Assembly: GCA_947039315.1 (NCBI GenBank) | Contig: CAMQYM010000004.1 | Coordinates: 291 to 64,290, forward strand | Reading direction: 5' to 3' | Length of the DNA stretch: 64,000 bases | DNA from: an uncultured Porphyromonadaceae bacterium | GTDB lineage: Bacteria; Bacteroidota; Bacteroidia; Bacteroidales; Muribaculaceae | Shown: positions 56,884 to 64,000 of the stretch, piece after piece | How the letters are laid out: each line of letters begins with the position of its first letter | Numbering within the stretch: position 1 is the first letter of the stretch | Made by a program: the position numbers and the translations under genes | The notes under the pieces: model-generated | Told to the model about the DNA's origin: nothing | The model's database searches: none | Seen by the model: the letters and a program-made list of their open reading frames with translations, nothing else

Positions 56884-57891
56884 ATGATCCTTAAGTTTAA
56901 ATATATGGCTTTGGCGGCTCTCTCCGCGATGACAGTATCGCTGTCGTCATGCGATGCGGTGTTCGACGATCTGGAGCCTTGCCGCACCGGTGCCGAGATG
57001 CGTTTCATATTCGACCGCAATCTGGAGAATTCCAATTCATTCCACAGCAACGTGGACTGTCTTTTGGTCTATATTTATGACGCCGACGGCAGATATGTCA
57101 CTTCATTGACGGAAACTTCCGACCGCCTTGCCGACGAGAACTGGCGTCTCTCCGTGGAACTTCCCGAAGGGGATTACAAGGCGGTGGCATACGGCGGCAT
57201 GACGTGCGGCGAGTCTTCCTTCAGTCCGGTGGCCATTCCGGAGCGGGACTCCGGTTTCGACGCGCTTCAGGTTCGTCTGAAACCGGAGCATGCAGGCAAG
57301 CGTCTCCATGACCATTATCACGGCGTGGCCGATTTCACTGTCGACAACCACGGCGACAATGAGTTCGGCAAGGTGCCGGTCTCCATGACGCGGACCACCA
57401 ACCACTTCCGTATCCTGATGCAGAATCTTTCCGGCGCGCCCCTCTCCGGTGAGGACTTCGACTTCTATATCACCGAAGACAATTCTTTGCTCGACAACGG
57501 CAATGTGCCCGTAGCCACCGGCACTCCCACGGTCTATACTCCCTGGATAAAGGGGGTGGTGGAAGAGCGGCCCGGTACGGTGCGGGGTCCCGAAGGCAAT
57601 CCCTCGATCAGGATGGGATATGCGGAGCTCAGCACTTCTCGGGTATATATTCCGAACAAACCCGTGATCAGGATTGACGACCACAAGACCGGGCGGAATA
57701 TCGCCACTCTGCCGCTGGCATATTATCTCGCAGCGTCTCAGAGCGACGCATCCTCATGGAGCGACCAGGAATATATCGACAGAGGACGTGACTGGGTCAT
57801 GACATTCTTCCTTCAGGAAGACGGGTCATGGTTTCAGGGCTATATCATGGTCAACGGATGGTCCGTGCGTATCAACGAGATTGACATGTGA
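56884..57891 (+). CDS. FimB/Mfa2 family fimbrial anchor subunit
   Basis: Lipoprotein signal (…TVSLSSCD) followed by FDDLEPC…AEMRFIFD, typical of Mfa2/FimB anchors. The start is at the ATG at 56884; 56905 is an alternative. Confidence 0.8.
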   Translation: MILKFKYMALAALSAMTVSLSSCDAVFDDLEPCRTGAEMRFIFDRNLENSNSFHSNVDCLLVYIYDADGRYVTSLTETSDRLADENWRLSVELPEGDYKAVAYGGMTCGESSFSPVAIPERDSGFDALQVRLKPEHAGKRLHDHYHGVADFTVDNHGDNEFGKVPVSMTRTTNHFRILMQNLSGAPLSGEDFDFYITEDNSLLDNGNVPVATGTPTVYTPWIKGVVEERPGTVRGPEGNPSIRMGYAELSTSRVYIPNKPVIRIDDHKTGRNIATLPLAYYLAASQSDASSWSDQEYIDRGRDWVMTFFLQEDGSWFQGYIMVNGWSVRINEIDM

Positions 57892-57975
57892 TGCCATGCG
57901 GGAAATGACAGGGATATCGGATACTGAAGATTTTGGGCAATATTTATTTTTAAAGCAAGAAGGATTGCAGGGACA

Positions 57976-59154
57976 ATGGGAATAATTAAGAAACTGATGA
58001 TCTCGGCTGTGGTGCCGCTTGTTGTGGCGCTGGCTTCCTGCACGCGACCGGAATCGGTCGTACAGGAATCAGCCGGGTCAGTCCTGTTCAATATCAGGAT
58101 AGCGCTCTCGGGCAATGACTCCTTTGCTACTCCGTCGATGGCGGAGGAGGGTGGAGGAGCCGGCACACGGGCCGGCGAGGAACTCCCCGTCAACGACATG
58201 GAGAAACTCCATACCCTCCGCATAATCATCCTCGACGGAGAGGGCAAGGTCGAGGTCAACGAGATATGGGACCTGACTCAGGCTCCCGCCATCGGGGCCT
58301 CCGGCGAACCTTTCAAGGTGAAGGGCGGCGACCGGAAGACCGTTATTTTCGTCGGCAACGAGGCTAATACGGTCATCCGGACCCCGGGAGGCACGGAATG
58401 TACGGTATCGGAGTATTTCTCACGCTTGTACGTCGGTCTGGATGAAGCGGCCGTCACAGCCGATATGGATGAGATCCGGGGACTGATTCTGCCGCGGGAT
58501 AAGAACAGCTTCTTCGGCTCCAACACTAAAGTCCCCATACCGATAAACGCCATCTATGACAATATAGAGATCCCGAACACTTCGGAAGTGGTGAGCCGCG
58601 ACTTCTGGCTTCACCGTGCGGTTGCAAAGTATACGTTCCGCATCAAATACGATTACTCGGATATGGAGGTTTCCGATCTTGAGAAGGTGCGGGGGCATGT
58701 GGAGAGCGTCACTGTGAGCAATGTCGCCGACCGGCAGTATTATTTCCCGGTGGCGCAGTTCGGCAACAGTTTCAGTCAGTATCCGTTGCAGTCATATACT
58801 GCCCCCTCCACCGCGGAGAGCGCGACACAGACCGTCGGCATCGACAAATATGTGGCGCTGAAAAGCACCCTTACCATAACTCCATACTATGTGCCGGAGG
58901 GGCCGGTGCTCGAGGCTGCCGCCGATCCCTATTGGGTAAAGGCCAGGATCAACGGACGCGACTCCGACAGGAAAGACATATTGTACGGAAACGTGGAGAA
59001 TCCGGCCGTCCCCTCGCCTATGCGTGACCTTCCGCGCAACCACCATGTCGTGGTGGACGGCACTTTCAACGATGCGCCCGATTCCGATTTCACAATCAAT
59101 ATCTCGGTATGCAAATGGAACGAACAGACCATCGACATACCGGCATACAATTGA
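57976..59154 (+). CDS. Fimbrillin-family accessory pilin (type V pilus)
   Basis: Lipoprotein signal (VVALASC) and an Arg processing site (GAGTR/AGEE), followed by the LHTLRIIILD strand pattern typical of FimA-superfamily N-domains. Confidence 0.65.
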   Translation: MGIIKKLMISAVVPLVVALASCTRPESVVQESAGSVLFNIRIALSGNDSFATPSMAEEGGGAGTRAGEELPVNDMEKLHTLRIIILDGEGKVEVNEIWDLTQAPAIGASGEPFKVKGGDRKTVIFVGNEANTVIRTPGGTECTVSEYFSRLYVGLDEAAVTADMDEIRGLILPRDKNSFFGSNTKVPIPINAIYDNIEIPNTSEVVSRDFWLHRAVAKYTFRIKYDYSDMEVSDLEKVRGHVESVTVSNVADRQYYFPVAQFGNSFSQYPLQSYTAPSTAESATQTVGIDKYVALKSTLTITPYYVPEGPVLEAAADPYWVKARINGRDSDRKDILYGNVENPAVPSPMRDLPRNHHVVVDGTFNDAPDSDFTINISVCKWNEQTIDIPAYN

Positions 59155-59208
59155 AGTCGTTTGGGAAAAGCCTTTTTTGAATCATCTTACTGACAAGGAA
59201 AGCAAGAC

Positions 59209-62200
59209 ATGAATATCCGGAAAATCAACATTACAAAATATATATCGCTCGTCGCGGCGGCTGTAGTGATGCTGTCGCTCGGCTCATGTGTCGACGACAT
59301 GCTTCAGGGTCCGCAGGATGTGCCGGAGGGTGAGCCGGCTCTGCTGACCCTCAACATCGCCATGGCCGGACGTGCCGAGGTGACGCGCGCCGATGTGCCC
59401 GACTACCGCATCACATCCTACTGGATCGGTATTTTCGATGCCGCATCGGGGAAATTGAAGGCCTCGAAGATAGTCGACAAACTTATCGCCGACAATCCGG
59501 AAGGTGTCTGGGAAAAGGTGGAGGTCGAGACCACCTCCGGGCGTGTTAAAATACGTGGGGTGGCCAATCTCGAGAAGCGCTACGCGCTGGATGTCAGGAA
59601 AGGTGACGGCCATGTCATTCCTTTCCGCGAGGCTATCGAGAGCATAGAGTCGCTCGATGACTACGACAACTTCGCGGTGACGTTTACTTCCGATGGTGAA
59701 GTCTCTATCGAGGAACCTCTGGAGTCCCTGGTGATGAGCGGAGTTTACTCGGAAGAATACAGTCCCGGAGACTCCCATCTCGGCAAGCGTCCCGAAGAGA
59801 CGGTGCTCGCCGTTCCTCCCGGCAGTTTCACATCACCGGGCTGCATACATCTGCGTCGGCTCATCTCGCAGAACATATTCAATATCCGGTACGACAGGAA
59901 CAATATCAAGTCGATGAAGATAACCGGCTGGTCTGTACACAACGTGCCCAATTCCTGCTGGCTCACAGACCGCGGCGACGACTGGAAGAATCCGAACGCC
60001 GGAGAAGTGGTGACAATCAACGGCAAGAGCGTCGAAGACAAGGAGGACCAGATCATCTGGTCGCACGACGACGCCAACAATCTTGTGTCGTTCAATTTCT
60101 GGATGATCGAGAACCGGCATACCGGTCTCGAGCCGGGCGATGACTACACCGACGACAATGTCTACTCTTACCGAGAGAAGGAGTTCAAGAATGCCGACGG
60201 TACAAACACCGGCAAATTCGTGAGCCTGGCGGAAACCGTAACAGACGACAACTACCGCAACAACGCGACATACGTCACCTTCTCCGTGCAGATGGAGATG
60301 AACGTGGACGAGAACGGCAGACCCCTGTCCGACAAAAATATCTCGGCGAGAACTGTTCTTGCCGACTATACAGTACATCTGGGCTACTGCGAGGGAGCCG
60401 GGCGCGAGAAGGCCATGGATTTCAGATGCCGCCGCAATTCGCGCTATACCTACAATGTGACTGTCAACAATGTGAACAGCATGATAGTGGAGGCAAACGG
60501 GGAGGAAATTGTCCCCTCGCTGAACGGATCCGTAACCGACATCACCGACACTTTCGAACTCCTCGATTCGCATTACAATGAGATGAACGTATATTTCACC
60601 AGAGAGGATCTGGAGAAGTTCCAGTATTATATGGTGGCGTTCGACCAGAACGGAGCGAGGAAGATCTTCAACTCAGAGACCGCTCCTCCGGCTTCGGCCG
60701 ACTCTGATTTCAAGTTTTATTCCTGGGTGCAGATCCGCAAGACCACCGGGCAGGACGTGCTTGCCGAATACAGGCCTCTGTCGGGGACCGGATCCGACGG
60801 CGAAACCATGCTTCTCCATCAGCTCGATGACAGTGTGCTGGGGAATGGCGAGACCGGCAGCTGGTTCACTGTGTTCATCGATGAGTATGTCTACGAACAG
60901 TATGACAGCAACGGCAATATCAGTGCGGCTGACAGATACAACTGGCACTGGTATGCCGACGCACCCGACCGGCAGGTATGGCTGAATGTTTCAGGAGGAG
61001 TTTCCTCCGACAAGGAGACGATGTATCACCATTCGAAGTATGCCTATTCACAGCGCTCCATCCAGACCTACTATGACATGACGGCTGATGTGCCGGCACT
61101 GGCCATGGAGCACGTAAACGAATCACGCGGACTCAACGTAAGGAACACATGGAATAATGCGACCGCAAGTGTGACTAATCCTCCGATTGGTTACAACCCT
61201 GAGAACGGAGGCCGGTATATCATGTTCCAGTATATTTTGGGTACGAGTGCCACAGCGACTACAGCCGGAAACTGGAACGACAACAATAGAAGTTGGAACA
61301 GCTTTGTCGATTTCAGGAAGCCGCAGAAAAACAATGCGGTCAATGCTCAGAATCTCGTTCTTGAGGCAAGGACCCATACATTGCCGGCTTACAATGATGT
61401 AAGCCGGTATAGCGGCAGTGAAACGTACGATCCTGACCGCTCGTTAAGTCCGTACTATGTCAATAGCATGTCGGCATGCCTTAACCGCAACCGCGATCTG
61501 GACGGTGACGGATATATAGATGCCAACGAAATAAGGTGGTTTATCCCGTCGACCTATCAGAACATGCGTCTCATTCTGGGTCGGCAGGCTCTCCGTGTGC
61601 CCATGATGGACTTCGACGAGATCACGTATAAGATAAATGCCGACAACGGGTACAATACCCGCTTTATGCTGAGTTCCGCCGACGGCAAGGTTATATGGGT
61701 CATGGAGGGTATGGCAACGTCAAACTGGACTGAAGGATGGCTTTATGGCACCCCCTGGTCGCTCCGTTGTGTGCGTTATCTCGGATCGGATTTAGGCTCT
61801 CCTGTGGCCGGCACACGCGTGCCGCCTGTATATAAGCAGGATCCGGATAATCCCAATATTATCCGGATGGTGGCGCTGGATGACCGGGCGATACGCCAGC
61901 AGGCATACAGGGGCACACTCGGTATGCCTGCCCATATCCTCACCGACCAGAGGTACAACCGTTGCTACCATGCGTTTGAGATTTCGGACAATGTGATTGT
62001 GCTCGACAGTGATCTGGTGGAGACGGAAATGTATTTTTCAGATTATCTGAATAGAAACAACCCTTGCGAAAGTCTCAACAGGGATGGTGATGCAGGTTGG
62101 CGTGTCCCGAATCAGAAAGAGCTGACCATCATGTCGTTTATGAAAAAGAATGGAGTGCCGTTTCATCAAGCCGGTGTGTCCGGCGTAGCCTATCTCATAT

Positions 62201-62382
62201 CGTGTTCGCTTGCATATTTTGACAGAGAAGGCAATCCGTATAACAGCAGCCGGAATACTTCTTCCGAGTCGTTCCGCCTGATGAAAATTCGTACGAGTGA
62301 TGGCGGAGGCACTCAGGGTGGGGGCAACGGCAAGGTTCCGGACCGTACCTGGGGTGTCCGCTGCGTGAGGGACGTTGAATGA
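59209..62382 (+). CDS. Large type V pilus tip/adhesin-like protein (1057 aa) with two C-terminal DUF1566/Fib_succ_major-like modules
   Basis: Lipoprotein signal (MLSLGSC) and an Arg site (AGRAEVTR/ADV) ahead of the pilin-like N-domain. The C-terminal modules contain EIRWFIPST…WSLRCVRYL and GWRVPNQKELTIM…WGVRCVRDV. Confidence 0.7.
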   Translation: MNIRKINITKYISLVAAAVVMLSLGSCVDDMLQGPQDVPEGEPALLTLNIAMAGRAEVTRADVPDYRITSYWIGIFDAASGKLKASKIVDKLIADNPEGVWEKVEVETTSGRVKIRGVANLEKRYALDVRKGDGHVIPFREAIESIESLDDYDNFAVTFTSDGEVSIEEPLESLVMSGVYSEEYSPGDSHLGKRPEETVLAVPPGSFTSPGCIHLRRLISQNIFNIRYDRNNIKSMKITGWSVHNVPNSCWLTDRGDDWKNPNAGEVVTINGKSVEDKEDQIIWSHDDANNLVSFNFWMIENRHTGLEPGDDYTDDNVYSYREKEFKNADGTNTGKFVSLAETVTDDNYRNNATYVTFSVQMEMNVDENGRPLSDKNISARTVLADYTVHLGYCEGAGREKAMDFRCRRNSRYTYNVTVNNVNSMIVEANGEEIVPSLNGSVTDITDTFELLDSHYNEMNVYFTREDLEKFQYYMVAFDQNGARKIFNSETAPPASADSDFKFYSWVQIRKTTGQDVLAEYRPLSGTGSDGETMLLHQLDDSVLGNGETGSWFTVFIDEYVYEQYDSNGNISAADRYNWHWYADAPDRQVWLNVSGGVSSDKETMYHHSKYAYSQRSIQTYYDMTADVPALAMEHVNESRGLNVRNTWNNATASVTNPPIGYNPENGGRYIMFQYILGTSATATTAGNWNDNNRSWNSFVDFRKPQKNNAVNAQNLVLEARTHTLPAYNDVSRYSGSETYDPDRSLSPYYVNSMSACLNRNRDLDGDGYIDANEIRWFIPSTYQNMRLILGRQALRVPMMDFDEITYKINADNGYNTRFMLSSADGKVIWVMEGMATSNWTEGWLYGTPWSLRCVRYLGSDLGSPVAGTRVPPVYKQDPDNPNIIRMVALDDRAIRQQAYRGTLGMPAHILTDQRYNRCYHAFEISDNVIVLDSDLVETEMYFSDYLNRNNPCESLNRDGDAGWRVPNQKELTIMSFMKKNGVPFHQAGVSGVAYLISCSLAYFDREGNPYNSSRNTSSESFRLMKIRTSDGGGTQGGGNGKVPDRTWGVRCVRDVE

Positions 62383-62386
62383 CGGC

Positions 62387-63274
62387 ATGTCTGGAATGAT
62401 GAAGGTATCAGTGAGAATATCGGCATGTGTCGCGGTTGCCATGGCGCTTGTCGCGTGCAACGGGAAAGGAGCGGGCGATGCTTCGGCAGTCCGCGCGGAT
62501 TCCGTCAGGACAGCCGGAGAGCGGATCGTATCCAATCCGGTCGCATACTGGGACAAGGTGGATTTTCTGAGTCCTGCAATCCTGGCCGACACTGCATTCA
62601 TAGAGCAGAGGTTCGCTGATTTCGCGGCGATGCTGGAGACGGCTGATCCGGAAATCCGCGACTATGCCGTGAAACGTCTTCTTGACCGCGCGGCCGCATC
62701 CGAATCCTCCTATTCCCGCATACTGGAGATTGCCGCGCATTATCTCTTCGACCCGGCGTCTCCGATGTACTCTGAGGAGAACTATGTGCCCTTTCTCGAG
62801 TATCGCCTGGCGCATCCCGGACTTGGCAGGGAGCCGGAGAATGTGGAGGCTCTGGAGTACAATCTCGGGATGGCGCGCAAGAACGCTCCCGGTTCGCAGG
62901 CAGCCGATTTCAGTTTCGAGACTCCTTCCGGCGAGATGCGTTCGCTTAGCCAGCCGGACAGCAAAGCCGAAATTCTGCTGATATTCTACGGTCCTGACTG
63001 TGAACTGTGCACCGTAGCCATGTCGCGGCTTGAACGCGACGGAAACATTGCGGGGGCTGTCGCCCGCGGAGAGTTGCGGGTAGTCATGATATATCCCGGC
63101 GATGACCGCCAGGCATGGTTGCGCCATGCCGCCGGACTCCCGGTCGGGTGGGAAGTGGGTATCGACGCCTCCCGCCGCATCGACGGCGAGGAACTCTACT
63201 GGGTGCGCGCCACTCCATCGGCATACCTTCTCTCTCCCTCGCTGACTGTTCTCGGCAAAAATGTGGCAATCTGA
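62387..63274 (+). CDS. Thioredoxin-fold lipoprotein (DUF5106/TlpA-like) with a CxxC motif
   Basis: Lipobox MALVAC. ADFSFETPSGEMRSL…ILLIFYGPDCELC is a TlpA/AhpC-like layout with Cys codons at 62999-63001 and 63008-63010. The start is at the ATG at 62387, 5 nt after the tip-protein stop. Confidence 0.65.
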   Translation: MSGMMKVSVRISACVAVAMALVACNGKGAGDASAVRADSVRTAGERIVSNPVAYWDKVDFLSPAILADTAFIEQRFADFAAMLETADPEIRDYAVKRLLDRAAASESSYSRILEIAAHYLFDPASPMYSEENYVPFLEYRLAHPGLGREPENVEALEYNLGMARKNAPGSQAADFSFETPSGEMRSLSQPDSKAEILLIFYGPDCELCTVAMSRLERDGNIAGAVARGELRVVMIYPGDDRQAWLRHAAGLPVGWEVGIDASRRIDGEELYWVRATPSAYLLSPSLTVLGKNVAI

Positions 63275-63323
63275 ACCCGGCACAGGCTTAACCGATTGAT
63301 AGCTATCAAGTACTAATTGCTGA

Positions 63324-63361
63324 TTGGAACAGTCTCAATGACTGTTCCAAAACTTTTTTTT
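63324..63361 (+). terminator. Intrinsic terminator ending the pilus operon
   Basis: Perfect 10-bp stem ttggaacagt / actgttccaa with a 7-nt loop, followed by aac and a T8 run. Confidence 0.8.
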
Positions 63362-63390
63362 GCGTATACCAACATTTTTTAGTAAATTTG
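63359..63390 (+). promoter_or_regulatory. Promoter (-33 TTTG / -7 TAAATTTG) of the DUF3575 gene
   Basis: TTTG at 63359-63362, a 20-nt spacer, then TAAATTTG at 63383-63390. The start codon lies 35 nt downstream. Confidence 0.55.
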
Positions 63391-63424
63391 CTGACTATAG
63401 CTCCATTAAGGGAGATAATTACCA

Positions 63425-64000
63425 ATGAGTAATCTGAAAAAACTTATTTTCGCGGGTATTGTCGCCCTCGCCTCCGCGTTCGGAGCGTCCTCGCAGGTCG
63501 TGGCCTTGAAAACCAATCTGATAGGCGACGCATTGCTGAGTCCGAATCTTGGCGTAGAGTTCGGCCTCTCCCCGAAATGGTCGCTCGAGATATCGGGACA
63601 GACCAATCTGTGGCCGATCGAGGGCCATACGTGGAAGCATTGGGCGGTGCAGCCAGAGCTTCGTTTCTGGTTCTGCCGCCGTTTTGCCGGACATTTCCTC
63701 GGCCTTCACGGTATCGGAGGCATGTACAATTTCGGTAATATCAATTTTCCGGTCAACGCTCTCGGAAGCGATTTCCGCGATCTCAAGAATAACCGTTATC
63801 AGGGCTGGGCGGCCGGAGCGGGCATCGCCTACGGGTACGCATGGCCTGTCCACAAGCACTGGAACATCGAGGCCGAGATCGGCATAGGCTGGCTTTACAC
63901 CCGTTATGACCGATACCCTTGCGCGGTATGCGGCAACAAGACGGCCGAAAATGTGCCCCATAATTATTACGGACCGACCAAGGCGGCCGTAAGTGTAGTC
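63425..64000 (+). CDS. DUF3575 domain-containing outer-membrane protein (3' end beyond the window)
   Basis: My own translation stays open from the ATG at 63425 to base 64000: MSNLKKLIFAGIVALASAFGASSQVVALKTNLIGDALLSPNLGVEFGLSPKWSLEISG…KHWAVQPELRFWFCRRFAGHFLGLHG…YGPTKAAVSVV, the classic DUF3575 pattern. It is absent from the ORF track because no stop falls inside the window. Confidence 0.85.
   Translation, partial: MSNLKKLIFAGIVALASAFGASSQVVALKTNLIGDALLSPNLGVEFGLSPKWSLEISGQTNLWPIEGHTWKHWAVQPELRFWFCRRFAGHFLGLHGIGGMYNFGNINFPVNALGSDFRDLKNNRYQGWAAGAGIAYGYAWPVHKHWNIEAEIGIGWLYTRYDRYPCAVCGNKTAENVPHNYYGPTKAAVSVV

Noticed and set aside
59209-63274. A diversity-generating retroelement acting on the pilus tip protein.
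   Set aside because: There is no reverse-transcriptase ORF, and I found no template repeat resembling the 3' end of the tip gene in this window. It is retained only as a testable idea in the findings.
63419-63961. 180-aa minus-strand ORF near the end of the window.
   Set aside because: The plus strand encodes an unmistakable DUF3575 protein, open to base 64000. The minus-strand frame is its shadow.

Overview
The window reads as a chromosomal segment of a Bacteroidales (Bacteroidota) genome. The housekeeping genes are G+C-rich. Supporting signs are TTTG-N19-21-TAnnTTTG promoters, few Shine-Dalgarno sequences, T9SS C-terminal sorting domains, type V (Mfa/FimA-like) pilus genes and DUF3575. All calls rest on motif recognition by eye; no BLAST or HMM search was possible.

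Content from left to right:
- A complete F-type ATP synthase cluster, atpD(partial)-C-B-E-F-H-A-G.
- Immediately after it, only the distal half of an NDH-1 operon (nuoIJKLMN).
- A nitroreductase, then a short AT-rich gap with one orphan ORF behind a consensus promoter.
- A glycogen/alpha-glucan cluster on the minus strand (GH57, GT4, debranching enzyme).
- yihY and RNase P RNA (rnpB, not visible in the ORF track).
- A run of housekeeping genes: cyclophilin, DUF349, Sel1, serB, patatin, apbE, DJ-1, yigZ, HU, an unlisted 29-codon bS22-like ORF, RNase G, folC and a split chrA pair.
- A compositionally deviant, AT-rich island of putative T9SS cargo proteins plus a gingipain-family (C25) peptidase, 38.1-45.7 kb.
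- cydAB, DUF4494, yggS, an MFS sugar transporter, tkt and rluA.
- An initiator-type tRNA-Met.
- A five-gene type V pilus operon (54.9-63.3 kb), followed by the start of a second pilus-type locus (DUF3575).

I found no CRISPR array, IS element, integrase, prophage or known defence system.

The most unusual material:
- The AT-rich T9SS/C25 island. It includes an 806-aa multidomain protein with an unassigned Cys/His domain.
- Its possible functional link to the Arg-processed pilins nearby.
- The detached nuoI-N cluster.
- The orphan ORF island at 13.4-14.8 kb.
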